Positions 36,623 through 48,696 of a stretch of 64,000 nucleotides of DNA are shown here, piece after piece (the stretch's first letter is position 1; every line of letters starts with the position of its first letter). Location of the stretch: NCBI GenBank assembly GCA_040357565.1, contig JBDODJ010000002.1. One strand, written 5' to 3'. Under the pieces are notes generated by a model. It saw only the letters and a list, made by a program, of their open reading frames with translations, was not told the origin of the DNA and did no database searches. The DNA is from Cercozoa sp. M6MM. Its lineage: Eukaryota; Protista; Endomyxa: Ascetosporea. The translations under genes and the position numbers were made by a program.

Positions 36623-37339
36623 TTAGTAGATGCGCGCCACGACAAAACCGCCGAGTCGCAGACGACGCGCGTCAATTGCCGACATGACGCCTTTTTGCGT
36701 GCTGACGATCTGCCGCACACACAGTCGTGCACACAAAAATATCGAGGGGCAGAGTGGGTACCTCGAGGCCGAGACCGGCCTTGTATGAGCGGAAGGTGAA
36801 CCACTTGCCCCACATGCGACCGTGCGTCGGGCCGATCGTGCCGCGCTGGTAGCGTCGCGATGCCTTGCCCACCGTCTGCAGGAGAGAGGTACAGAAGAAA
36901 GTACTTCTGTGAGACGGGGGGGGGGGACAAGCCTACCTGGACCTCTGAGAGCACAGGCTTGTTGTTGTCGTGGTACTTAAGGTTGACTCGGAAGTGCTGA
37001 CCCTCGCGGTGATACGTGCCGACGAAACCTTCTTCGTGCAGCAGCTCCAGCAAGTTGTCGCGCAGGTTGCTTGCACGCAGCATCACGTGCGCGCGACCGC
37101 GCTGCGAGCCCATCTTCAACTATGCACACAGACAGTCATATTAGCCACTCAATCCTCACTTTGTATGCTAACCTGATTCAAGGCGCCCAGCATGTCCTTG
37201 GACCGCGGCTATTTAGCACAAAGTCAACCCTAAATTCAGCAATGAACCAGTTTCCACAAATGCACGCTACGGCTGATGCCGACATGAACGACCGCATGCC
37301 GAGTCCGCCGAAACTGGCGTTCATCGCGGCACGCAGCAT
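36623..37339 (-). CDS. rps8: Nucleus-encoded mitochondrial ribosomal protein uS8m with N-terminal presequence
   Basis: MLRAAMNASFGGLGMRSFMSASA|PRSKDMLGALNQ|LKMG...ASNLRDNLLELLHEEGFV...VNLKYHDNNKPVL...GLGLE|IVSTQKGVMSAIDARRLRLGGFVVARIY*. Confidence 0.88.
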
Positions 37340-37698
37340 TGCTGTTGGGGCCTCTGCTACTCGTGCACACTCGTTGGCACGCCTAGAGGCTTCCTGCCGC
37401 TGCTTGCGCATGAATGGCTACATTTCTTCTAGCGTCCATTTGTACCAATGGGCGCGAGCTCGCGACTCATCAGTGAACTGTGCATACTGTACGTGCAGTC
37501 AAACAGGCTCTTGAGTGCACTCGAGTGTGCTGCAGGGCCGAAAAGAGCTTCAGGGAGTGTGAGCGGCACGTTTTCGTCCCCCCACTCACAGCCAGGTGCT
37601 CTGCCCATTATTTATTATCTGACCCTTGGTCACTTGCACGTGCGTCCGCGCTGACACGTCGGGATTGACTCACTGGCAGCTCACGTCTACGGATCACC

Positions 37699-38788
37699 AT
37701 GACGGACCTGGTAAAGTTTGCCACAGGTAGGTTTTCTGTCTTTTGTGATGTGGTGATGTGGATTTAGAACGACATCATTCCACCGCCTCCCGAAGTGGTA
37801 CTTGTCTGATTCCGTTTTTCTTTTGGGATTCGACGCTATTGTGCACGCTAAGGATGCGCCGCCTGTTGTGCCGCCCCCGCCTCTGCCCAGGTACGAACTC
37901 ACTCGTAGTCCACTGGTTGCCGAATCGACGTGTTTTCTTTTGCAGTGACGCCGACATCAGCAGTGATGCTCAAAACAGCAACAGCGGCACGCCACAACGC
38001 ACGGAGCAGGACTGGCAGGTGCGCAGAAACTGTTTTTACGTGCTAAGGTCTGTAGACAGTCGAAATATGTTCAGGACTTTGCGAAGCGCACGAATCGGCG
38101 CATCGCGCGACTCGAAATGACTGTAGCACCACATATACCTCTATGTGTTATGTGTGTTTCAAGAAAGACTCTTGCTTTTGTCCAAAGGTGGCCGCACTGC
38201 GTCGCGTGGTTGAGCAGCAGCTCAATATCCGCGTGTTTATGGACGAGAACGGCGTGGTAGCCACTTCTCATAGCTCGTTTGTGAGTATGGAAGCATTAGC
38301 TGTTCATAGGTCACGAGTGCGGCCATCGGTGCTGGAGTCGAGCAAGAGAAGCGACAGGCTCCGGCGTAACTTGTCCTCATTCTTCTAGCCCTTTCAAAAA
38401 TGGTGGATCCTTGTATCGCGTGCGACAGATCCAATCGTCGTCGCAACCGGCCGCGGACCAGCACAGTGGGTGGCGAGGAGGGCGCCATCTTCCGCAGCAT
38501 GCGAGGTAACGCTGCTGCTTCGCTAGCTCTGTGTTTGTTTGTGTGAAGTTCTGTCGTATGTGTGTGTGTGTGTGTGTATATGTGTATATGTGATATGTGA
38601 TTGTGTTTTTTGTGTTAGATGACGACACGAGTGTACCAGTGATGCCGCCGATGTCGGGTGTCACCGTGGTCGGCAGCGAGGAGTCATCACTCGCAGATGC
38701 CGTGTCGAACGAGCAGGCCAAGCAGAAGCGCGCACTGCTCGACAAGATCCGCGGCAAGGTCTCAAAGAAGAAGAACCGCTTCCAAGAG

Positions 38789-38840
<52 letters not shown>

Positions 38841-41088
38841 GCACACACACACACACACAAATGCACATGCACTCTCGCGTGCACGTTTCTGCTGAAATGT
38901 TGGTTGCTGATGTTTTACCTGCGAGTGTGCTGCAGGACGGCTTCGATCTCGATCTGACCTACGTGACCGAGCAAATCATTGCCATGGGTTTCCCGGCTGA
39001 TTCGCTTGAGGGTAGCCTGCCTACCTTATGATGTGTGTGTATGCTTGCTTTCGGTATGTGTGCGCCGTGTGCGACAGGACTGTACCGAAACAACTTCCGC
39101 GACGTGCAGCGCTTCTTTGGATCGCGTCACTGCTCCGCCGACGGCACGCCGCACTACCGCGTGTACAACCTGTGCAGCGAGCGCGACTATCCGGACAAGT
39201 AGAGTTTTGCCTCTTCAACTCCCTCTGTTGCCTTCTGATATCCTTACGTTGCTGCAGTCGCTTCGAAGGACGCGTCATGCGCTTCCCGTTCGACGATCAC
39301 AACCCGTGTCCATTCAAGATGCTGCCACTATTCTGCCGCGACGTCTACCAATGTACACGCAAACGTGCTTGTTTTTGGCACGAAAGCGGTTAGATACTAC
39401 ACATTATCTTTGCGACAGGGTGCTCGCGCGATCGCGACAACGTCGCCGCCATTCACTGCAAGGGTGCGTCTCCCTGTGCTATGTCTCTTGTCGCGCCTTC
39501 TGTTTATGTCTGTCTGTGCAGCTGGCAAGGGCCGCACGGGTCTCATGATCACTTGCTACCTGCAATACGAAGGTTTGGCCTCGACGCCGCAGGAGGCACT
39601 CGAGTACGACTGGCTTTCCTATGCATGCGAGACCTTCCGTCCGTTTGGACTAATGACATGTGTCATAGGTACTACGCCCAGATGCGCACGCAGGACGGGT
39701 ACTCAGTTTTCGTTGTGTGTGTCTGTGTGTGTGTTTGTACGTGACTGTGCCCGCAGGCAAGGCGTGACGATTCCGTCGCAGCGACGCTACACGCACTACT
39801 TTGGCACCTTCTTGCGACGCGAGCGCGAGCGACTGTTCCATTTCTATTTTTCTGTATCGCTGTACTCCTTTATTCTTGTGACTCACAGAGGATTGCCAGC
39901 GGATGCAGTTGTGCCGCTCGACGACATCGAGAGCAATGCGCGCAGTGAACCGATCGTTGGCGCCTCCAACATCCGTTTGCTGAAGCGTGTTTTCGTAGCC
40001 TTTGCTCTGATGAATTTGCTGAAGTGTTGGGACATGTGTGCTCCATGCTCGCGTCACTGTGCAGATCCGCCACATGGATCTTAAGGGCGGCGAGTGCAGC
40101 TTCCGACTGCGCATCGGCAACCGCAAGTTCAGTTCCAAGGTGCACAGCGACAAGTACACGCAGGTGGAGGCGACTCACTCGCACAGCTACGAGTGCGGCA
40201 ATAAGGTGCGCGCGTTTTTCTGCAAGGTGCTCATTTGCTTGGCTTGAGACTGTTCCCGGTTTCTTGTAGATTCCGCTGCCCGACGAGGTCGATGTCAAAT
40301 GTGAAATTTACAAGGAAAAGGCGTTCAACAAGGGTAGAAATTTTCTGTGTTGTGCACACTGATCGCGTGCACGGTGTGTACTTGCGTTGTGTTTGTCGCA
40401 GAGAAGATCTGCCACTTCTGGTTCAACACGGGTTTCTTGGAAGACAACGTAGCATTAATAATTGTCTCTCATTGTTAAGCTGTTCGCATGATGATTGGTT
40501 TTGTGCGTAGAAACTCGTGCTGCAGAAGCTCGAGATCGACAAGCTGCAGTAATGACTTTTCGTTTTCGCCTAATGTGTTTGCCTGGTGATGCGTGTGTGT
40601 ATGTTGGCAGCAAGGACAAGAAGCACAAGCTGTTCCCTGCCGACATGTCGATCGAACTCGAGTTCGAAGACTTCCACTCTGCCTCGGTACAGCGTGCCTG
40701 GTCAGCTGTCAGGTGTGCTCTCTGATTTTTGTCAAACAACACACAGGGCGCCGTGTTGGAAGCTGGCGTACTGTCCGACGATGACACGCGTCCGGGCCAC
40801 TGTCGCGACCCGTCCTGCGGCAGCGGTTTTCTGAGCGATGATGTACGTGTGCTTTTGGGCTACCTCTCCCGATATCCTCTGACACGAGCATATAAACAGG
40901 ATGCGTTCCTGGCGTCGCCGCGAATGCAGGCAGTGGCACAAGAGGTACGCATGGTAGGACACTCGTGTCTCGTCTCTTTCTCTTTGTTTGTCTTGTGTGT
41001 AAGCGTCTTGTGGGTGTACAAACAGGAGTCCGTGCCGTCTCGCTCGCGTCGCGGCGGCTTCTCGCTTGCTGCCACGGAGTCCAAGTGA
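37699..41088 (+). CDS. PTEN: PTEN-family phosphoinositide phosphatase (phosphatase + C2 domains)
   Basis: VSKKKNRFQE|DGFDLDLTYVTEQIIAMGFPA; YRVYNLCSER; FPFDDHNP; AIHCK|AGKGRTG; GVTIPSQRRY; CHFWFNTGF; KDKKHKLFPADMSIEL. Confidence 0.95.
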
Positions 41089-41751
41089 CACCGCACACAT
41101 AGCAAGAGTCTAAGCCGACTCTCCAACGCACCGCCTTGATTTTACTGTATTCGTCACGTTCCGTCCGCACTGCGCTGCCTGGCTTTCGCTCCGCTCGACT
41201 TCACTTAACTTCCATTCATTTGTGCGCTGCAGACCGATGATGTCTAGACCGAAACTTCGTGTGCATTGGTGTAGTGTAGGTAACGTCAGCCGTGAATTTT
41301 CGCTTCGTTAGAACGAATGACGAAGAAACTTATCGTATGCGATAGAAATATACCGTACGGTACGTACTCGACTTTACCGGACCGAGACGCAAGTCGCGTC
41401 ACGGTCTCGATTTAACGTTGCTTGCGGGACCCCGCCCACTTTCTGCCAGAGCGTCGCGATCATGATGCTTCGCAAGCGACACGACGTTTTTGTTTCTAAG
41501 GTCCTCCGTACTGCATGAATGTTTCTAAGCTGTTATCCGCTGGCGACGGGTGCAGTGTTTGGATGAGATGGTGCATGCACAGGTTTATTTGATTCCGTCA
41601 GTTCTCCGCGCGGACGCGCATAGATGCAAAACTAAACTGGAACTTTGTATGTACGCTCACGAGTGCAGCAGTCCCCACTCGAGGATCTAAATTTGGGTAC
41701 GTCCGTTGATTTCAGTTGGACCTGGACCACAGCGAGTTTTGGACTGGAAGG

Positions 41752-44700
41752 ATGCCAGAAGTGGATTCATCTCTTCGGCTGGTCGGGACAGAGTTGTCGA
41801 ACGACAAGAGAGTTGTGTCGCTGGGCGCCGTTCGAGAGTTGCACTGGTCGCGACATGCAGCTTGGAGTGGATTTCGACAGACGCAGCTCGAAAGCACACG
41901 CGACGTGGATGGGCGTGGAGAAGAACAGCCAGAGTATCAACAGGAGGACGACCTGCTGTGTTTGACTCTTGCAGGTGGTGGTGTTGAATTCGCCCTGCGT
42001 TGTGCTGGAACTGAACGCGTCGGAGAGCGTGTTGAAGTAAGTCTGTTCAAACTGGGTGTATGACAAGCTTTCACTACAACAGCGAGGTACCCTTGGCTCG
42101 TAGAGAGTGGGTCAGCGTGTCACGTGTCTTCGATGGCACCCAAAGCTCCCCTTGTGCGTGATTGGCTGGAGCGATGGTGCGCTCACCTTCTGGCAACCAC
42201 TCGGTCACGACACAGCGGTTGCCCATCGCGAAGCTTCAATGACCGGGCTTGCCTGGAGTGGAGGCTCTGCGTCGCTCTTTGTCTCCTGCGACACGTTGGG
42301 CAGATTAAAGCTGTGGCGAATGGCCAACGATGCAGTCGAAGAATGCAACACCTATCTTCTACCCTTCCCAAATAAAAGCACGACGACAAGCGAAACCTCC
42401 CAAGCTGAAGGTATCGTTGTAAGTGGAAAGAAAGAAAACAACAACAGTTTTGCTCAAAACGTGTCGTTCATCGACGACGATGCCGTTCTCGCCTTGGACA
42501 ACACCCAGAAACAACTGTTCGCATTTGCATTGCCTCATGAAGCAACACTAAATAGCGAGACACGGTTGCGTGTGTTTTTCGACTTGCAGCTAAGTTCAAA
42601 AGCGTGTGCTTTCATGTCTCAAGACGGGAAAGACAGTCAACGCGAGGTTGTTGTCGTTTGTGTCGACGGTTCCGCGCACTGGTTGCGACGCGCTCTGGGG
42701 TAAGACAACATTTTTTTAATCTACATTGTGTTAGTCGAAAAATTTAAACTGTACGATAGCGGAGCGATCTTGCACGAGCAGTACACGCTTCCATTGTCCT
42801 CCGAAAACAAAAGGTTCAGTGTGGCTCTGATTCCGCAAAAACGCGGAACAAATGCACCTGCCGTCGCTTACTGCGGTGGTGCCGACGTGCGCATTTTTGA
42901 CTTTGCTTCCAACACGGCGACGGCGCTGTTGTACAACTGATAATTTTCTAGAAGGCACAGTGGGCTTGCAGGGGTTATCTCTCTTTCTTTAGAGCCCCGA
43001 CAGACACGGTGGAACAACACACGTGCACAACACTGTGTTGCACTGTCACACAGGTGAACGAAAGTGCACACTTCACGCTCGTTGTGGGAACCACGACAGG
43101 CATGTTACTGCTGTGGCGTCGCCTTCTTTCTGGTATACACTTCCCACCGGCAGTTGATATCCCAAATGGGCGTATTTGGTAGAAGAAAACGACCTCACCG
43201 AAGCCTGGTCAGGCATGTCGCAAGTGAAGTTGCACACTTCGCGCCCGGTGCAGTGGCTCCAAGCCTCGGTACCATTGTTTTCTTTACATTTCGCACTGGT
43301 GAAGGTAGAATAAAAAAACAAACGAAACAGGCGCGACATGAAGAAGAGCTTGCGATCGGCATTTTGTGCGACACGGCGTCGATTTGGAAGAGTTTTCAAC
43401 CCTGCACCGTGGCGTCTGGCACTTTGGTAGATAGATTTGAAGGTGTTCGGTCTGGAAGGAGGGTTCTCTGTTGTAGGTGGCGACGCAGTTGTCACCATCG
43501 GAAGTGACACTGACCATGCCGAGCCAGCGACGTCGTGTGGCACTCCCTCTGGACAATGCACTCGGTCTCTCGGTGCACACGTGGCCTGATCAGCCGCAAA
43601 CACAACTTTTGGTGGCCTGGAATGCTCAGAAAGTCGTCATTCTCGATGCACTTACTGATCAGTGCGGTACCTTTCTGATAAATTCATCCTTCTTGACTTG
43701 CTTCACTTCCCTGAAGTGTCTTCTTTCCCGTCGAGTGCGCGAAAGGTGTGCTTGTTGAGCCCAAAACTATGCGTGCTGTTGTTGCGACAACACGTGCTGC
43801 TTTGCCGCCACACTGGCGCCGTTGTTCGCACCTTCCACGGTCGATTCGACGGCATTGAATCCAAGCCTTGCCGAGTGCCTACCGAAGACGATTATGGGTA
43901 CATACTGTTGGCAGGGCGTAATTAAAATTGAAAGCGTACGAGTAGGGACAAAATCTCCAAGTTCGACGGTGTTGTGACCTGTGCCTTCACATCCACGAGC
44001 ACTCGGGACAGCGAAGCACTTTCTGTCCGAGTGTGGCGCACACGCGGTGAGCGTGTTGTGGCAGAAACTGCGCTGTCGGTGTCGCTGCGCGATTTCGGAA
44101 AGGTCCAAATATGCTCCGTGTCGTGCGATGGTGCACGTATCGCATGCCTCCATGCCAGCGTAAAATCTAAACAGTTGCTGGGCTTAACTTTGTAACCCTT
44201 GACTTGATAGCACAAAGCGACAGTGACAAACGTAGTGACACAGGCGACGATCGCACTCGCTGTAGACGAAGCAACGAGTGTGCATTGGTACTTGGGAGTA
44301 TGGAAATGGGAATTGCCTGCGAAAAGAAGGAAATGATGAGCTGTGTAGGTGCAACAGCGATGCACGTGTGTGCGTGGTGAGCGACAAGTCGCACCGAGTG
44401 CACTGGTTCGTTTGTCGACTCGAATCCGCCGTTTTGCTGGAAACTACGCACATCGAAGGCGACGTTGTTGGCGTGCATGAACTTAAGTGTAAATAAATTT
44501 ACAAATAAACAGCAATTCGCTCTTTTGCTAAAATTAATACGATATGCCACCAGGTGTCACCCTGCGAGGCACGACAGTGCATGTCACTCTTCCAAGTTTG
44601 GGCTCGTCCCACTCTGAAGACAGCTTCGATGTGCAAGTATGAAAAATGGCACCTCGTATACTTGTCTGTTCGTTCCATCTAGTGGTCCGTGAGGTAGGAC

Positions 44701-47700
44701 ACGACAAGTGACAGCAGCAGCAGCACGTCCAACAGCTCCGACTCTTCCGCAGTAAGCAAGAGCACATTCGCAATGCGACACGCGTTGCTTCGCTTCGCTG
44801 CTCGAGTCGCCAGTTTCGCTGACAGTGACGAAGCGACAGACGAGATCTACGACGAAGCGCTTGACGTCATTCATCACGCTCTCGGTTCTGAGGTTGCTTT
44901 TGCTTTTGATTTTGCTTTTGCAGGCTTTGCTCTTGCTTGTCCAATTCTTTGAGTCAAAGAAAGAGAGAAAGCGTAGGGCACAACGGCGCTGTTGTTGCGT
45001 TTGCTGAGCGGCGCAGCGGCGCGCTTCGGTCGCAGTGACATTGCAGAACGGTTGTTGGGTCGCGCCAACGAAACACGCGCCTTGCGAGCTTTGTTTCTTG
45101 TACGTGAACTTAAACCCTATTATTTGGTCAAAGCAAACAGTGTATCTGATATAGACGAAACGGCTCGGCAAGTGCCCAGTAGAGCAGAGTGCTCAGGTGG
45201 CTGCAGAACTTGGCAAAGCGAAAGTGGCCGAATCGCTGCTTTTGTCGCACAAGCGGAACGACGAAGCTGCTCGCTGGAGTGCCTGTCGGGGCCATTGGAA
45301 GCATGCGCTGAAGCTGTCGCAATCCAAGGAGCTTTTAATGCTTGTAGCTTTCATTTCTCTAAGGGGTGTAGCGTGAAAGAACCAAATGGAAAAAGAAATG
45401 CAGGCTGCACGACACTGTGCTGGAATGGGAAACGACGACGTTGCGTTGAAGTTTCTCGAGAAAGCCGACGGCTTAAGTGCGCATACACACGAATGGTTTC
45501 TACGCAGTCCGCAGGAATCGCTCGAAGACGCAGAGTTTGGTAGGAAGAAAAGAGGAATTGAGGCGAAGGAACGGAATAGAATGCAAAGCATTGTTTGAAA
45601 TAGAGGAGTCGCCGTGGCCGATTAAATGGCGAGCACGCGTTTGCGTGGCACGTGACCACGTACGTTCGTCGACACTACATCCCTTCTTTGCAAAACTTTG
45701 ACCATGTGTTAAGCTTAGATTCAAGATGGCGTGCGACTGCTGCGACAAATCGATGGTGCAATTAAAACTGACCGGAAGACGATCAGTAGTTAGTATATGT
45801 GGTGTGTTGCAGATCACAAAGGCGTCGTGCAGACGCTACTGCAGTTGAATCGACTCATTGACGCAGCCGAATACTGCGAGGTGTTGGGTATCCACAGCAA
45901 TATCGTTTAGCTCCTGGGTTAGTCAATTGAATACTGGAACTGCAATTGTTTAACAAACGCAAACAGGCGATGCGTGCCCGCACGAGGCGCTGCTGCTTTG
46001 CGCACGTGCTCTCGAGTATAGACTCACTCAAAAAAGTGACGAAAGCAACGACGGAAGCAACGACGGGAGCAGCGAAAACAGCGAGGAAAAGTACGTAGAT
46101 TGGGCACTTCGCTTTTTGCAAAAGTGCGCACCGCATCGCGCCGCTCTTTTCGCACATGCTCACGGTCGTCTGACTCGCGAGCTTGCGCTAGCTTTGTTAG
46201 GTGCCGTTCTTCGTCACCCTAGTGCATATTTCTTGACTCTTTCCCCAACGCAGAAGAGGACAACAGTATGCACCCGTACACGCGGTTTGGTCTGTCGCCG
46301 AAAGACGCGATGCGAAAAATGCTCGCCGAACTGCTGACGAAGCAAGAGGTTTCTTCGCTCGATGCTTCTAAATCTACTTATTTCTGACGTTAGGAAGATA
46401 CCTTTGATCTCACAGGACATTGCTTTGGCAACTCGGTTGCGTAAGGACGCGAATTTGCACGTTGATGTTGTAATCCCAACTTCAGTATCGCTTGAAACCA
46501 AATCAGCCTCTTTCTACCCCCCCCCCCCCCCAGACGAAGCAAGACGGCCAGGCTGCAGAGGGTGCATTGCGCCACGGCGACGCTCTCAAGGCGGCGCAAC
46601 TCTTTCTCGCTGGCGGTACTAAAACATACAGTTGCTCCCTTACCTTCAGTATTCTCGCAACCCCATCTATTGCAGGGTTGACGAAACAAGCGCTCCTTGC
46701 CTTGCAAGGCTGGCACGGGTACTCTCTGCAATCAACACCGGTTGAGTGAACTAAACAAAAGAATGAAAGCAGCGTGCCTGAAGAGTCGCTGTGCGAAGAG
46801 TTGCTTCAGACTGCCGAAACTCGTGAAGAGCGACACCAGTTCGCTGCTGCTCTCGGCGAGATTCTCGTGGTACGGCGGCTCTTTGCCTCACTACATTCGA
46901 GTAAAATTTCTGTTGCGCTCATACTTGAGTGCAGAAGAGAAAGGAACACGCTCGTGCGTGTAAGTACCTCGCACAAGCCGGCGACTACGACGGCGCCCTC
47001 AAAGCGCTCATTCGCGCGGATCGGCCGCGCAAAGGTGCGTCTTTGTTTACGTGTTTCAGGACAACTAAATTACCTTTGGTACCGCAGTTGCCTTCTTCGC
47101 GAAGAAACTTCGCGCCCACCCGCAGCTTCTCGAAAGTACAATTTCCAGCATTTTTTTGAATTGCTTCTGCTTCGAAACAAAGGATAAAATGCAGTTGCTG
47201 GAAACTACTTCCAGCGGCTGTTTTGGCGACTGGTCGACCATGAGACGTATTGCATTTATTTTCCACATTATCGTTTTTCTCGTTAAATTAATGATACTGT
47301 ACAGCGAAGGCCAAATCACTGCAGACGAAGCGCGAAAACTGCTGCTCCACTTCTACACCAAATGTAAGAGAACCGATATCCGTTGTTCTCTGTCGGTTTG
47401 AATGAAATGTCAGCGGGCAACAAGTCGCGAGTGCGACGCTTTCACGAAGCGATGCTGCTGCGGTGTATCGAAACACGTGACTACGATGCTGTAGGATTCA
47501 GCTTTGACAGCTACAGTTGTGGCTCTGTCATTTGAAGCATTGCAGGCCGAGCGAGAAGTGACGAACGCACTTCACAACACTTCGGAAAGTGACGAAGCTG
47601 AGCGATGGCGCAGTCTCACGAAGCAAGCGCAACAGCTGCACGACTTTCTGGCAGCGAGCGATCTGTTGCGCCAGCATCTGCTCGATGTGCACAACAACGG

Positions 47701-48065
47701 TGCAGCCCCGGATGGCGATGAAAACAACAAAATGGCGCGCGCCCTCGCCATGCTGCGTCCGCTCATCGAAAGCGACGAAAGCGACGTCACCGTGCGAAAG
47801 GTAAAGACTACCCGAAACTGGCACACGCCTTTTCGCACGGCCTATTTTGTGGTAGGGCGACGTGTACGGCTTGCTGGTCGAATTTTTCGACGCATTGGGC
47901 GACGCTCGACGTGTCACACTCTTGCTGAAAAAGATGTCTCGCCAGCTGCGTGTGCCACTATCCCAGTTTGTCGATCAAGAGCTGCTGCTGCGGTACGGTG
48001 TGGCTGAACCACACAACGAGGAGTTTTCTGCCGATGCAACTGACGACTCATCGCCTGCGTCGTAA
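41752..48065 (+). CDS. IFT140: Intraflagellar transport protein 140 (WD40 + TPR)
   Basis: VTCLRWHPKLPLCVIGWSDG; ACKYLAQAGDYDGALKALIRA...VAFFAKK; LLHFYTK...RDYDA; GDVYGLLVEFF. The length and order fit IFT140. Confidence 0.82.
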
Positions 48066-48467
48066 GGTCATTCTGCACGGCTCCTGCGATCGCCAGCTCA
48101 TTCAAAGCATGGTGACGGTTCCGTGCCAGTTAGCTAACAACGCAAGCGTGTTCGTTAGTTCAGTCTACCAACTAAGAAACCAGGGACTGTAGGTAGTTTT
48201 TCGATTTGCGTTAACAGCCACGCACTACGCTGCTGCACTAGAAGAGAGTCCGGTATAGCCTAGCAGTCACCGACACGGTACTTCAGGCGCGGCGTTTAGC
48301 GCAATGCAAAGCAAGAGCACTGCACGCGCACCGACGATGGTAACGATGCGTAGTCATTCGATCAAAAATAAACTGAAAACTACTGACTTAAATACACGCG
48401 CGGAATGCTATCGGATGTCCTGACGCGTCACTACATGACGTACCGTCCGTCGATGATACACGCCATG

Positions 48468-48635
48468 CGGGTATGACGGGGTTTTTCGAGGAAAAACCGA
48501 ACCCCCCCCCCCCAATATCTACCCTTTAACCCCTTAACCCGTAACCCTTCGCCTCTTTACCCTTTACCCATCTTACCCCTAACCTCTCCGCTCGATTTGA
48601 TTCTGATTTTGCCTCGAAAAACCCCGCCATACCCG
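48468..48635. mobile_element. MITE-like non-autonomous DNA transposon (168 bp)
   Basis: 24-bp TIRs CGGGTATGACGGGGTTTTTCGAGG (48468-48491) and CCTCGAAAAACCCCGCCATACCCG (48612-48635) match 23/24. CGCCATG is directly repeated at 48461-48467 and 48636-48642. Confidence 0.88.
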
Positions 48636-48696
48636 CGCCATGCCCCGCACCGCCGACGGTTATCGAATTTAGATTCAACGGACATCGGATTTAAAA

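Noticed and set aside
39238-39245. ATATCCTT U12-type donor-like motif (also GTATCCTC at the ~20453 donor)
   Set aside because: The first lies inside an ordinary GT-AG intron, and neither has a TCCTTAAC branch site.
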